Shown: one piece after another, positions 1-13,818 of the stretch
Layout of the letters: every line of letters begins with the position of its first letter
Position numbering within the stretch: position 1 is the stretch's first letter
Source: Priapulus caudatus
Lineage: Eukaryota
NCBI RefSeq assembly: GCF_000485595.1
Contig: NW_014577077.1
Location: 592,999 to 656,998, forward strand
Direction: 5' to 3'
DNA: 64,000 nt
The notes under the pieces: generated by a model
Seen by the model: the letters and a program-made list of their open reading frames with translations, nothing else
What the model was told of the DNA's origin: nothing
Database searches by the model: none
Position numbers and translations under genes: made by a program

Positions 1-552
1 ATACCGAAGAGGTAGGGAATGTCCAACAACCGCGTACGTAGTACGTGTTTCCTATATAATATATAATAACAACATGCGCTGGACCCATAAAATAAGACAC
101 GTCCTTCTAACTCTCTAACGAGAAAGAATGAAGTCAGATAAAGGAACAGAGACCAAGTGGTTGAAATATATAATTATACATTTCACCATTACACTAAATA
201 ATTAGAATATTGCATCGCATATTAAAGCACATTCTATAATGAATGTAAGTTGAATACGAATTAAAGCCACTACTGCCATCAACGATAGTAGATGTAACGT
301 AACGTATACGTGGAGACCAGTGACTGGTCACCAGTGAATCCGGTTCTTACCAGGCGGACAGCAGTGGGCAATGTTTAGTGAAGTAGCCGAGTTGTGCTGA
401 CAGACAGGCGGAGCTCTAGCGATGTTCAGTTTACAGTTTGAGTTGAAGATTTTAGACCGGAGATAGATGCCTGCGTGGCTGTGGAACTGTGTGAGAAAGG
501 CAGCGGCCGACATGGCGAGAGAGCTGTGAGATAGACAGATGCCGACGTAACG

Positions 553-3500
553 CCTACAGCTGCGAGAAGCTACACGCTACGCGTCTAGAGCTGTGAGAAG
601 CTACACGTCTACAGCTGTGAGAAGCTACACGTCTACAGCTGTGAGAAGCTACACGTCTTAACAGCCTGCGAGAAGCTACACGTCTACAGGCTGGCTAGAA
701 CTACACGTCTACAGCTTGCGAGAAGCTACAGTCTACAGGCTGCTAGCCAGACTACACAGTCAACAGCCTGCCTAGAAGCTACACGTCTTACAGCTCTTAC
801 GGACTACACGGTCTACAGTGCTAGAAGCTTTACACGTCTACAAGCTGCGAGATAGCTTACACGTTCTACAGCCTTGCTGAGAAGCTACAAGTCGTACAGC
901 CTGCTAGCAAGCTACACGTCATACAGCTGCGCAGAGACTACACGTCTACAGCTACGAGAAGAAGCTACACGTCTACAGCTGACGAGAAGCTACACGTTCT
1001 ACAGCCTGCGAGAAGCTCACGTTCTACAGCTGCGAGAAGCTACCACGTCTATCAGCTGCCCTAGAAGGCTTACACGGTCTACAAGGCTGCGAGAAGCTAC
1101 ACGTCTTACAGTCCTGCCGAGAAGCTACACGTCTACAGCTGGCCTAGAAGCTTTAACCACGTCTTTTACAGCTGTGAGAAGCTACACGTCTACAGTGCGA
1201 GAGAACTACAGTCTACAGGCTACGAGAAGCTACACGTTCCTAGCAGCTGCCGAGAAGCTAACACGTTCTACAAGCTGCTAGAAGCCTACACGTCGTACAG
1301 CTGTGAGAAGCTACACGTCTACAGCTGCTTAGAAGCTACAACGTCTACAGCCTGCGTAGAAGCTACACGTCTACAGCCTGCTAGAAGGCTACACGTCTTT
1401 TACAAGCTGCTAGAAGTACAGCGGTTCTACAGCCTTGCGAGAAGCCTCACGTCTACAGCTGCCTAGAGCTACACGTTCTACAGCTCCCTAGAATTGTACA
1501 CGTCTCAGCTGCTAAGAAAGCTACACGTCTTATCAGCTGCTAGAAGGCCACACGTCTAGCAGCTGCGAGAAGCTAACGTCTACAGCTGCTAGAAAGCTTA
1601 CACGTCTACAAGCTGCTAGAAGCTACACGTCTACAAGCTGCTAGAAGCGTATCAGCGTCTACAGCTGCTTAGAAGCTTACACGTCTATCAGCTGCGAGAA
1701 GCTTACACGTCTACAGCTGCGAGAAGCTACACGGTCTTAAGTGCCTAGAAGCTACACGTCCTACAGCTGCGAGATAGCTACCGGTCTACAGACGTGCGAG
1801 AAGCTACACGTCTACAGCTGGAGAAGCTACACGGTCGTACAGCTGACGAGAAGCATACACGTCTAAGCTGCTAGTAAGCGCTACACGTCTACAGCTGCGG
1901 CAAGTCCTACACGGTTACAGCTGCTATGAAGCTACACGTCTTACAGCTGGGCTAGAAGCTACACAGTCCTACAAGCTGGCTAGAAGCTACACGTCTACAG
2001 CTGCGAGAAAGCTACACGTCTACAAAGCTGTAGAAGCTACACGTCGTACAGCTGCTAGAGTCTACAGCGCTCTACCAGCTGGAGAAGCTACACGTCTACA
2101 GCTGCGAGAAGCTACACGTCTACAGCTGCTAGAAGCTACACGTCTACAGCTGCGAGAAGCTACACGTCTACAGCTGTGAGAAGCTACACGTCTACAGCTG
2201 CGAGAAGCTACACGTCTACAGCTGCGAGAAGCTACACGTCTACAGCTGCTAGAAGCTACACGTCTACAGCTGCGAGAAGCTACACGTCTACAAGTGCCCT
2301 AGAAGTCACGTCTACAGCTGCTAGAAGCTACACGTCTACAGCTGCGAGAAGCTACACGTCTACAGCTGTGAGAAGCTACACGTCTACAGCTGCTAGAAGC
2401 TACACGTCTACAGCTGCGAGAAGTACACGTCTACAGCTGCGAGAGGACTACACGTCTACAGCTTGCGAGAGCTACACGTTCTACAGCTGCGAGAGCTACA
2501 CGTCTACAGTGCGAGAAGCTACACGTCTACAGCTGGCCTAGAAAGCCACCACGTCTACAGCTCGAGGAGACTTACACGTCCTTACAGTCTGCGAGAAGCT
2601 ACACGTTGAGCAGCTGCTAGAATTCCACATCGTCTTAACAGCTGCCTGAGAAGCTACACGTCTTACAGCTGCGAGAAGCTACACGTCACAGCTGCTAGAA
2701 GCTACACGTCACAGCTGTGAGAAGCTACAGTCTACAGCTGCTAGAAGCTACACGTCTACTAAGGCTGCCGGGAGAAGCTACAATGCGTCTACAAGCTGCG
2801 GAAGCTACACGTCTAGTCTACAGCTGCGAGAAGCTACACGTCTAGCAGCTGCCGAGAAGCTACACGTCTACAGCTGCCGAGAAGCCTTACACGTCTACAG
2901 CGCCGAGAAAAGCTACACGTCTACAGCTGCGCCAGAAGCTACACGTCTAAGCATTCCAGAAGCGACACGTTCTACAGCTGCGAGAGACTACACGTCTTAC
3001 AGCTCAGACTAGAAGCTACACGTCTACAGCTGCTAGAAGCTTACACGTCTACAGCTGCGAGATTACTCACGGTCTACAGCTGCGAGAAGCTACACGTCTA
3101 CATGCTGCTAGAGTATCATGTATCAGCCTGCTGAGATAGTAAATCTTACAGTGCGAGAAGCTACACGTCTACAGCTGCGAGAAGACACCCACCTAGCTGC
3201 GGAACAATCACGGTCTACTAGCTGCGAGAGTCTACACGTCTACAAGTGCTAGAAGGCTACCGTGTCTTACAGCTGCTAGATAGGCTACACACAGCCTCTC
3301 GAGAGCTACACGTCTACAGCTGCTAATAAGCTACACGTCTACAGCCTTGCTAAGAAGCCTACACTCTATCAGCTGCGAGAGTACAACGCGCTGACGAGAA
3401 GCTACAGTCTATGCGCGAAAACACGTTACAGTGGCGAGAAGTCATCACGTCACAGGCAGAAGCAAGCGTCTACAGCTGCTAGAAGCTACACGTCTACAGG

Positions 3501-3625
3501 CGCAGAATAGCTTACTAGCTACAGACTGCCCTAGAAGCTAACGTCTATAGCCTGCGAGAAGCCCTACAGCGTCTACAGCTGCGAGAAGCTACACGTCTAC
3601 AGCTGCTAGAGACTACACGTCTACG
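553..3625 (+). repeat. 24-bp minisatellite (CTACAGCTGCGAGAAGCTACACGT)n
   Basis: About 3 kb tandem array; clean units near 2090-2420, indel-rich elsewhere. Confidence 0.95.
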
Positions 3626-5382
3626 AACTGTGGGAAGGTTTTCGACTCTACACGCGTAGAATTTTATTTATCATTTAGAGAATTATTGATCGTTGTTGTT
3701 AATGTTATGTTGTGCACAACAGGGGCAAGTGCCATGAATTAAAGTCTACGTTACCTTATGCTCTGCATGATATGGTTTTTTTAAGGTTACACGGCGAAAC
3801 TTACGAGATTTAGAGAGAGAGCTATTTAACAGTAGATAATATAGGAAATAAATAAAAAATTCTATATGATCTATTCTCTCGCTATTTAGCATAATAAAAC
3901 AACTATATTAGATTAAGTAGACCATATGCAAAGATGCAAACATTAGATTATTCTAAATTTTGCATCTATGGGTCGACAGCACTGCTCCACTGGCAGGTGT
4001 TTAGATCTGTAATTCGTTATTCTGCTATTTTCAAGATACACTGACAGCTTCAGTCGCTTGAAGATGTTTCTGTGTTTAACCACTAATTGCGGCACACTAC
4101 CACACCATATTAAATCCCAACCCTAGCATTCCCTAATGAAATAGTCTCCAGATCACAGCGTCGTTCTGCTTTGTTGTTCTGTATCTAATTGTATTGTATC
4201 TGTTGTTTCTGTGCCTGGTGTGAAAGTGCACTTAAAGCGCTTATTGCAGAGAATTGCAGCTCTTTCTTTCCTAGTGACCTGTATGCTTTATGTTTTACCA
4301 TAGTGCAGCTATGTTGTTATTATAACAGTTTTCAGTATTAGTTATTTAATCATCCTACGTAGGAATTATTATTCAACTTTAATTATAAACTAATAAATAC
4401 TTGAAGTCAAAATGTGGCGATTGGTGCCAATTTATTTTAATGGGGGCTGCCATTACTTGTGCTGACTCTTGTGGTTATGCGTTTTTCTGATCATGTAAAA
4501 TTTGAACTGGAATTTCACGAGGCAAAATATTGGCGGAGTAAAAATTGAATGAACCATATGACATTTACAATTGCACCAAACTTTGCTACTGCAACGTCAC
4601 CACACGACGTGGAGCTGATGTTTCGAGTGATTTTGAGTAATGGACATGTTTTACATTGAAGCCATTCGTTTAGGGAAAACATTTGACGTTGATATGCAGG
4701 CAGATGTGCAGCACATTTCGCTCAGCTCTCCCCCAATGGGAAATTCTTACAGTCCATGAACATGAAACATTGTTATACGAGTAAAGACACCCTCCTCACT
4801 GTTTCAGGATTGCTAGACCACACTTGCAGCTATACAGTAGACCGATTCCATAAGGCAGCATTAAAACCAACGATTGTTGTATAGCCAGCCAACTACGCAT
4901 TAAGCTGAAATTACAATAAAACATTTTAAGAACCCAGCCATGATGAGTTTTTAACTCAGCATGATGACGTTGCCTTTGATTAATGAACAAGCGGGAGTCA
5001 AAAATGTTAGGTTTACTCTTCATAGCAGACAGTTTAATGCCATGTGATAAACTATATCATTACAACGACGATAAAAGATTTTCTTGCTGGCAAATAGATC
5101 AGCCCCGAAGCCAACCGTTTAGGAAGAAAAGTTGCGACTCTCACCAACTATATTGTACATCAGACACTGATTTCAACAACGACCATGCAATGAGTCGGGC
5201 TAGAAAGTAGAAATTTATTCCAGTTAGCGCACACCCACTTGTACTGTGGGTAAACGTTGCTAGTGGCTTGCTACAGAATTAGCCGCACAACAGTTTGCTG
5301 CTACAGATTCTGTTTGGTGTTAACACACGGATGAGCAGCTCGGGTGCCACTTAGCAGACATGATGATGATACAGAAACAGCT

Positions 5383-5775
5383 ATGATGTACCAGCAGCAA
5401 GGATGATGTACCAGCAGCAAGGATGATGTACCAGCAGCAAGGATGATGTACCAGCAGCAAGGATGATGTACCAGCAGCTATGGTGATATACCAGCAGCAA
5501 ACATGATGTACCAACAACTACAGTGATGTACCAGCAGCAAGGATGATGTACCAGCAACTACGGTGATGTACCAGCAACTACGGTGATGTACCAGCAACTA
5601 CGGTGATGTACCAGCAACTACGGTGATGTACCAGCAGCAAACATGATGTACCAACAACTACAGTGATGTACCCGCAGTGATGGTGATATGCCAGCAACTA
5701 CGGTGATGTACCAGCAACTACGGTGATGTACCAGCAGCTGGGCTAAGTACCAGCATCTTGAGTGATGTACCAGCA
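5383..5775 (+). repeat. 20-bp minisatellite TGATGTACCAGCA(GCAAGGA/ACTACGG)
   Basis: About 19 tandem units with two main variants. Confidence 0.9.
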
Positions 5776-6631
5776 AAAGCAGAAACAGCCTACACAACCC
5801 ATGAATTCTGATTGCGACAGTCTGTAAAAGGGTTAATTTCCCTTGGCACCCACTCCCACCATCACTTTCCTCTAATTTTTCCTATAGTTACGTGGGTAAA
5901 ATACCATAGAACCATGCAATATATTGGCAGCGTCGTTTTACTTCAAATCCACTTGTTCCAGATGTCCCTGGTGGAAAAGGCAGTAAAACCACTCACTGTT
6001 GAGAATTGCAGCTCTTTCCTTCCTCAGTGATCTGCATGATTTATGTTTTCTCATATGGCCACTACATTGTGACTAGCACATTTGTTTCATCATTAGTTAT
6101 TCAATTATCATACGTAGCAATTACTCAAACCTTTTATGCACAGTATCATCATAGATTGAATAGCTTTGCTTGTGACAATTATCACCAATGTGAAAGTATG
6201 TAAACTTTACAGTGCCACACCTGATCCAATGGTATGCATTTATTTCCACCACCAGCTATTAGCCATACTGTTTTGTAGGAAAAAAGTTGATTTGTTATTA
6301 TTTAAGAATTGACACAAATAGTGCAAATATCTGCCAATGTTCCTGCATATGCTAAATTCCAGTGTAGGGGATAAGACACAACTCACCAGGACCATAATGA
6401 TGGAATCACTGGTAACACAATACCAAAGAAGAAAGCAATTTCAAGAGGTATTTCTAGACTTCTTCATTGTTTATAGCATAGAGCTACTATTTTTATTTTG
6501 GAAAATGAACCTAAGTAACACTTATTGATGTTACTTACGATATCATCCCCCTCCTCAACCCATTATCACTGCAAGGCAATGTTGCTTTGTGGCGCCATCT
6601 GTTAGCCAACAAAATCAGTTTCTACACTTAC

Positions 6632-6775
6632 CTTCATCAGTTTGAACCTTCTCTTTAGCCAGAAAGTCAGATACAGCTGTGATACACAGATTCATAACCG
6701 CACTCTTCTCTGGCTCTATAGGTAGTACAGACATTATACGTGAATTGTCCCAATGGAAGAATTTACTTGCTTTCC
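6632..6775 (-). CDS. TRAPPC9: TRAPPC9 coding exon 15 (last confidently placed in the window)
   Basis: atttcag|(R)KASKFFHWDNSRIMSVLPIEPEKSAVMNLCITAVSDFLAKEKVQTDE|gtaagt; 144 nt; resembles human FLSWKLEETLAQFPLQPGK...DF. Confidence 0.88.
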
Positions 6776-7036
6776 CTGAAATAACAAAGGTACTATATTC
6801 AACTACATCAAAAAATGTTTGACAACTTTTACGTTACAATTTGACAACTCATATATGGGTCATTAACGAAAAGAATGCATTGTCAAATACATCATGAAAA
6901 TAACTAACAAATTTGTTTAACAATGAATCGCAATTGATGACCATTGCTTAGAGAGCTGACATATTACATAACAATAGAATTATGTACTCTTATTTATATA
7001 ACAGTTATGATACTACACTAGATTTCCTCAACTTAC

Positions 7037-7122
7037 TTTTACTAAGTTTGCAGTCGAGGGAAAGCTCTATAGATTCGATAGGTTGCCTTGAAATGTTGCT
7101 AAGCGACAATGTGCAGTCTTGG
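7037..7122 (-). CDS. TRAPPC9: TRAPPC9 coding exon 14
   Basis: ttcttacag|(S)QDCTLSLSNISRQPIESIELSLDCKLSK|gtaagt; 86 nt, phase 2 to 1. Confidence 0.88.
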
Positions 7123-7694
7123 CTGTAAGAAAGCAAGGAAGTGTTTTACTGTGGATATGATTACTTCTAACATTACAAATAAACAGATCCATACATTTAA
7201 ACAAACCGACGAAAGTACTGTCGCTCATAAAGTCAGTAATAGTTGCTATATTGATGCTACTGGCTATTTCGTATTTAACAATGCCCACCAGTGGCTAGAT
7301 AGAATGAAAGTGTCAATGACACTGTAGCTCACCACAAAAAAGGACACAAATGAGTGAGTAAGAAGAAGTCAGTTTTAATTGAGCAACCATCGACGTACAT
7401 TATAAAAATGATTGCCATCTGTATATCGCAATAATAATTTATAAACCAAAATGAATCACAATTTGTGACCATAGATGGCGCTATACCCGCTTTGTAGCGA
7501 TGGCGTTTGAAATAAATAGGTTATGCTGCGTTCCGACATGTTTTGTAAACCTTTACTCTAATATAGACGTTTTATCGGCAGGGTGGAGAGGAAATACCAA
7601 TTTTGCATTAAAGATATTGTCAATGAAATCTTGTAAAAAGAACCAGACGAGTGTGACACCACAGATTGTTTGTGTCAATATAATATGCTATATA

Positions 7695-7990
7695 ATTGCC
7701 AAACCCTACCTAATTTGCATTTTTTTTTTTTTAATATCAAAAGCCCTAGCCCTTATTTACATACCAAAAATGAGCAAAATCCATTGAATCAAAATAGGAC
7801 GTTTAATATGGGAGCATAGCAGTAACAACTATACCCAATTTCAAACATGTGGGCCAAACGGTTCCTGAGTTATCGTTGACCGAAGCGAAATGTTGACGGA
7901 CGGACGGACAAACGGACGGACGGACGGACGTACGACGGACGACGACCCATGGCAATAGCTCAGCTTGACGATATCAAGGTGAGCTAAAAA
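7695..7990. mobile_element. Possible Helentron-associated (HINE/DINE-like) element end
   Basis: (GGAC)n microsatellite followed by stem-loop ATAGCTCA...TGAGCTA and an A-run; left boundary approximate. Confidence 0.4.
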
Positions 7991-8057
7991 TGGCATGAAC
8001 ACTACAGAATACACATAGTGGAAATGGTGGTCCACACAAAGTCAAGATCCTTCTTAC

Positions 8058-8268
8058 CTCTCCCCAGCATACAAGCTTATAGAGCCGCTGGTTACTATGC
8101 TGCCACAGTCAGCCAGACTGGTGAAAGTTGCCGACTTGGCTAAAGAGGTTTGCACCTGGAGCTTCGGCAGTGCCGGCGCAACCTGAACCATATGCTTCTG
8201 CTGCTTGAATTGTGGTAGATCACGTAGACGACAGTGGCTTCTAACACCCAGCACAGTGGCAGAGTAGC
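8058..8268 (-). CDS. TRAPPC9: TRAPPC9 coding exon 13
   Basis: gcgcag|(G)YSATVLGVRSHCRL...VAPALPKLQVQTSLAKS...SLYAGE|gtaaga; 211 nt, phase 1 to 2. Confidence 0.93.
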
Positions 8269-8716
8269 CTGCGCACACAAACAATACTTTATAATAACAA
8301 TAGAAAACTACTACATAAAACATGCTGCTGTTGCAATCACCTCCACCAGCTAGTAATATGATTGGACTGTATGCAACCTGATCCATCTGCAGTTGTCATT
8401 TAATTCTGTTGAGTAACTGTGAAAAGTCAGATTAAGTAATAAATAGATATTCCAAGTTATCAACATATTACAATAATTTTATAATTGGTTAAATCCCCGT
8501 TTAAAATATACAACCTAATGATTTTTGAACATATTTAGTCATATTTTGCTATTACACAGACACCAGCATGTGCACATGCATGGGCGTGCGCATGCATGCA
8601 CACACACGCACACGCACATAACACTGATATACAGAATGCTAACAATGCACACTTAGAAAAATTCTCTCACCTAATATATTGATATCTATATCAATCGCTA
8701 TATACATATATATACT

Positions 8717-8748
<32 letters not shown>

Positions 8749-8766
8749 CATAGATAGATAGGTAGG

Positions 8767-8800
<34 letters not shown>

Positions 8801-8888
8801 CATAGATAGATAGGTAGGTAGCTAGATAAACAGACAGACAGACAGCCAGACAGGCAGACACACAGACAGACAGACGGACAGACAGATC
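8717..8888 (+). repeat. (GATA)n/(GACA)n microsatellite
   Basis: Direct reading. Confidence 0.9.
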
Positions 8889-8997
8889 GGATGCAGTTCT
8901 TCCTTTGACTGTTATAACCTTACGTACACACAGACATAAATTAATATGAAATACCAATGTAATAACATCAAGTTGACATTTCATCTGGTCATATTAG

Positions 8998-10094
8998 GGA
9001 TATACTCAAGCTTTTGCACGGGTACTGCTCTAATGAAATGTAAACGTTTATTGACAAAAGAATCGAATCAATCACACGTTTTATTTATAGATGAGATGTA
9101 TCTCTATGCTCAAGCCTAAATATTTCATAAAATTTCCAGCAGCTAATTATGTGACAACACAAATTTTGAGTTTTGATGTAAAAAAATGGTATTTTGTATA
9201 TTTCTCAATTGCCACAAAGAGTATGAAAACTAAATTCTCGCCACAAGTTAAACACAATTTGCACCAAAATTATGTGTCAGGATTTTTCTTCAAGTTTTAT
9301 ATTTATTGAAAAAAATGAAAAAACTGCCTAAAATTTAGGTTGTATGTTCGGATTAAAAATTTATGCAAATAAAGAACAATAACTCATAAAAGACAGGCAC
9401 TTAATAAAAAACCCTGACGCACTTTTTACAGCAATGTGTTACCATTGAAACGAGTGTAAGCCATTTATAGTTTTAATTTATACATCGGATACTGTGGCAG
9501 AAATCAATACGCAGAAATCAGCGTCTTTCTACTTTTCACAATGATCAACAATGCCTTTGTGCAAAATCGGTGAACATATGAGAAACATCTACTGTTAGTA
9601 CTTACTGCGAGTTATCCATGACTAACTGAAACCACTAAATTGGTAAAATGTTCTGTGCACCTTGAGAAATGATGAGAAATTACGAGGTTACCATCTCAAT
9701 TTTTATGCGAAATGCGCGAATGACGTGTATTGCATCAACAAACCCGAGCCTATAATTATGTAAAGCTATGTAAAGAGGTGTAATTGCTATTTTCGACCAC
9801 GCGACAATTTCAACTATCACTGGCTAATGACAGCTGTAGATGAGTTGACGCTGATGAATTCTCGTATAATGAATACCATGAAAAGGCTGGTTGTATCATG
9901 TCTCTGGCGTCATCAGTGTTTAACGAGCCACGGCTCACTACACACGCACGCAGGCAATCAAAACGCGTTGAAAGTTCACATGCATCGTTACACGGAGAAG
10001 TACGCATGTACAGAGGTGGCACCTAGTGTTAGCCATCGAATAAGAATGAAAATGAAACATCAATAAAATTTCGCATAAAAGCTTGAGAGTATCC
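8998..10094. mobile_element. Non-autonomous DNA transposon, Kolobok-like
   Basis: Imperfect TIRs GGATATACTCAAGCTTTT / AAAAGCTTGAGAGTATCC, flanked by TTAG and TTAA. Confidence 0.5.
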
Positions 10095-10168
10095 TTAAAT
10101 GATGTAAATTCTACATGCGAGTGAAAGAATCAAGGGGGATACTTCCACTAAATAGTATGTAGGTGTAC

Positions 10169-10295
10169 CTATTATCTTTAGTTCTCCTGCTCCCTGTGGA
10201 CAGGACAGCAAGTTGACAGGATATGGACCAGAGTTCGCTGGCAAGGAGAGGGAGGAAGGGAACGTCTCCAGTTGACCTCCTTCCGACAATAAGCT
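10169..10295 (-). CDS. TRAPPC9: TRAPPC9 coding exon 12
   Basis: ctgcag|SLLSEGGQLETFPSSLSLPANSGPYPVNLLSCPQGAGELKII|gtacac; 127 nt, phase 0 to 1. Confidence 0.93.
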
Positions 10296-10445
10296 CTGCA
10301 GTGTGAAGAAATAATCAGAAGAACATGAAGTAGTACACTCAACAGAAACAAATGTGACTTCTACAACCAAGCACACATGCCCACACGTATGTACAGTATG
10401 GAATGTGAAATGCTTTTGCCTTTATTATTAAGTTTATTAACCCAT

Positions 10446-11162
10446 CAGGGGTGTATCCAGGATTTTTTCTGGGTGGGTCGTGATCATAATTTTTTGGACC
10501 TTTTCACAATGAAATAGCAGCAAGATGTGATTACAATGGTCAATACAATCAAGGGCGTGATGACAGGATTTGTACAGGGGGTGGTCTAACGTAACCCAAA
10601 ACTTTGGCAGCACGCGACAGGGGGGCAGGTCTGGGGGGCCTCCCCCATTAAAAAATTTGAAATTAGCCTCTTTTTAGATGCGTTTTCTGCGGCGAGCAGC
10701 GGGGGCCGGCCGGACCCCCTGCGACCCCCCCTGTAACACGCCCCTGACAATTTTAATTAAAACAAAAAAAATTTGGTTTTCAATAAAAAAAGTTAGCAGC
10801 TTTAAAAAAAAAAATTCTGACTCGAGTTGAAAACAGAGTTTTTTGAAACTTTTTTTCTTTATCTTGTCTTGTCTTGATCTTGCTCTTGTCTGTGTCTTTG
10901 TCGATCTTTGTCTCTCTCTTTATGCAAACAAAGTTTGTTTTTAAAAAAAAATGCTCAGTTTCAGCAATTGCTGAATTGGATAGATTTACGTCCACGCAAT
11001 GCACATGTCGTTGGATCATTGCTGCGTACCTGCCAGCTTTTTCATTTATTGTCAGTTTGTAAAAAGGCCTCGAAAAAAATGTCTTTGAAAAAATGTGGAC
11101 CTTTTAATATTTTGGGGGGGTCGTACGACCCTCACGACCCCCCCCCCCTGCACACACCCATG
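10446..11162. mobile_element. hAT-like MITE with 5-bp TSD
   Basis: CCCAT|CAGGGGTGTATCCAGG ... CCTGCACACACCCATG|CCCAT. Confidence 0.7.
10550..10746. mobile_element. Nested hAT-like MITE with 5-bp TSD
   Basis: ACAAT|CAAGGGCGTGATGACAGG ... CCTGTAACACGCCCCTG|ACAAT. Confidence 0.75.
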
Positions 11163-11448
11163 CCCATTATATTTCACACCTAGTTTAACCCATCAAACAA
11201 CACAATTAGCTGAATTAGCTATTTAACGATGGCAACTAACCAAGTAACTTATCTGCTTCTATGTGCAAGAACTTGCACCAAGTGTACAATGGCCATTTTG
11301 AGTTTCCAATCACCTCCCATCAGACTTTAGGGTTGATGTAGCTAGCATATAGACTAATATTACCACTAAGATATTTGTAACAATGGGCCTGTGACCATTA
11401 TCAAACTCTAGTATGTTACATGTAGGTGCTGGAGCTGAAGGCACGTAC

Positions 11449-11534
11449 CATATTATCGACTTTTAGTTCAAAGGGCATCGTGTTGTACACCTGCATAGTC
11501 ACCTCACACACATCACTCTCTGCCCACTCAAACT
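11449..11534 (-). CDS. TRAPPC9: TRAPPC9 coding exon 11
   Basis: tttcag|(E)[28 protein letters not shown]|gtacgt; 86 nt, phase 1 to 0. Confidence 0.94.
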
Positions 11535-13210
11535 CTGAAACATAACCAGAAAACAATTACTACGTGGCGATCATCTTACATATGCAGTCAAACCAGTATA
11601 TAAGGATCACTCAACGGAAATGCTATGTGTCCGTTCTTCAAAGGTGACCGTCAACAGAGGTTCGACAGTACAGAAATAGTCTGTGTCACACCTTTGTGGT
11701 GATATTCCTGAAGCGTTCACTGCATAACATACTAATCATAGGCAAGCAACAAAATGTAGCACGGAAAAACACGCAGCCATAAACACGTGGTAGTGAAGTG
11801 TAAGACAAGGTTAACGTGTTGCATTGTTCTAGGGATTTTGTGAATTACTAGCAAGGATTTGGCCGTCACCCAGATATAGACCATAAGGCTTTCGAGTAAG
11901 TCTTATAAAAACACTAGTTTAGCAATGTTAGTTCATTGTATATGAGACAACATTACTCTTAAGAAACCAAATTGTAAAAATAATTTTAGGGCTCCTACAA
12001 CCAAAATGTTTCCGTCAGCCAATCAGACAGTAGTGCATCCGTATGCACTGCCTAGCGGACAACCAATTACCAATTTAAAGCAGACGTTCACACATGATTC
12101 GATTACGCTCCATAATTATTTAAGGTTAATTGCTATTGCCTGTTTTTAGCAAATAATGCTCTTACTTCATAAAAATTTCCAGCCTTTATTCACAGAATGC
12201 ATTTTCTGCATTCCTGCAGACAATACACAATCATGTTATATCCTTGATTACTGTAACACTCTTCAGGAAAGAGTATTTCATAATGCACTATTCCAGAGCC
12301 TAGAGGAAATACAACAGATAGTAACACCAACAAAGGAAGAGTTTGATTTAGTTACACTAGGCAGATATTTTGAACAACGTTTACGACGTTACGACGAGAA
12401 ACACACGAGGTTTACAGGTGTGTCCGATCACTGACTGGACTACTCAGTAGTAGTCCCGTAACCCAAACTTCGTAGACCAGAATGTCTAGATCATCAATGT
12501 TGTTAGCGAAATTTTAGCGAAACTTTCTCGAGAAGAGTTTGGCAATCGGAATCAGCCTTCCTGGCTCACAGTAAGTTTCAGTGTCAAATTTCTGCAGTTG
12601 TGGAATCATAAGTTGTAGGCAAACTGGGTCTGCTGTGCATCCTGTTGCTCTTTCTATATATATATAGATAGATACCTAACATGATGAAATTGCCTGTTTA
12701 TACTATAAGTCGCAACAGTGGTGGCATATTTCGGGCCTATTTCTGCCATCATAAATATATCTATTTATCTATCTAGCTATCTGTATTATCTCCACTAGTT
12801 TCTTAGTATATATATATATATATACAGACAGATAGATAGATAGAGAGATAGATAGAGAGATAGACAGAGAGATAGATAGATAGATTTATAATGACAGAAA
12901 TAGGCCAGCACTATTGTTACTTATGGTATAAGCAGGTATTTCATTCCGATAAATGTCATGTCGGCACATGAAACACAACAGGTTGTTCCCAGAGGACCAG
13001 GAAAAAGACGTTTCATTCAGTTATAACTGGTGGTTATAATGCCTTTCATAATTTCTAAAATTTTCTATCTAGCAGACATCCACATAAAAATGGACCAAAC
13101 GCAGTCAACCCTTGCTACTAATGATAGGAGATTTTACACGCACTGTCTGCTACATGGGGAATGCATTAAATTGTAGAAGTTAGATTGACTAAGTACTAAG
13201 TATTGTGCAC

Positions 13211-13353
13211 CTATTTTTGATTTGCTCCGGCCTATGCTGCCAAACTGAATTGGAGAGTATATGAAGGGGCTCTTGTTTATTGGTGCTGGCATATTTTTCT
13301 TTGCCTTGCTGTGAGGTTTTAGATGTGGTGCAAGATTCTGCAGCTTGAACGAC
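13211..13353 (-). CDS. TRAPPC9: TRAPPC9 coding exon 10
   Basis: ctcacag|SFKLQNLAPHLKPH...KSPFIYSPIQFG...KI|gtgcac; 143 nt, phase 2 to 1. Confidence 0.92.
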
Positions 13354-13641
13354 CTGTGAGAAAGGTCAAACAATCAGTTAACGCAATAATTTACAATTAT
13401 TAGTTACTACATATTACTTCACACCTCTGCTATAACTTTGCATTGTCTCTGACATCAAGTCATGATCACAGCAAATAATGTCTTAGCACATTTGCAGAAC
13501 AATATGAAGGTTGTCCAGTTGCACTGAACGTTAAATGTGATAGCCATACACTTGGCTTAATGTAGCCATTCATCAAACCAATCAACCCCAAATCTCTTTG
13601 AAGTAATTCACAGACAAGAAAATATGCAATTTTTCAGTTAC

Positions 13642-13818
13642 CTAACAATTGGGAGCCTAGTGAATGGCACAGGTGGCAGAATAATTCCACTGTCTAATAC
13701 CAGAGGGATAGGACCTCCCTCGGCCTTGGCTGTGTAACTCTCCAGCATGACTGCCATCTCTTTTCTCTCGTCATCTGTCAAGTGCTGGTTCATTTGATGT
13801 AGAAGGAACTGCATGTGC
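13642..13818 (-). CDS. TRAPPC9: TRAPPC9 coding exon 9
   Basis: ttttctag|G CAC..; HMQFLLHQMNQHLTDDERKE...LPPVPFTRLPIV(R)|gtaact; 177 nt, phase 2 to 2; continues exon 8 across a ~35.9-kb intron. Confidence 0.95.

Noticed and set aside
328..525. Possible further TRAPPC9 exon with a GTAAGA donor near 341
   Set aside because: No recognisable similarity to TRAPPC9 in any frame, and it abuts noisy satellite sequence.
553..3625. ORFs encoding (STAARSYT)n, or a CRISPR-like array
   Set aside because: Head-to-tail 24-bp satellite with no unique spacers; variation is indel noise and open frames follow from the unit length.
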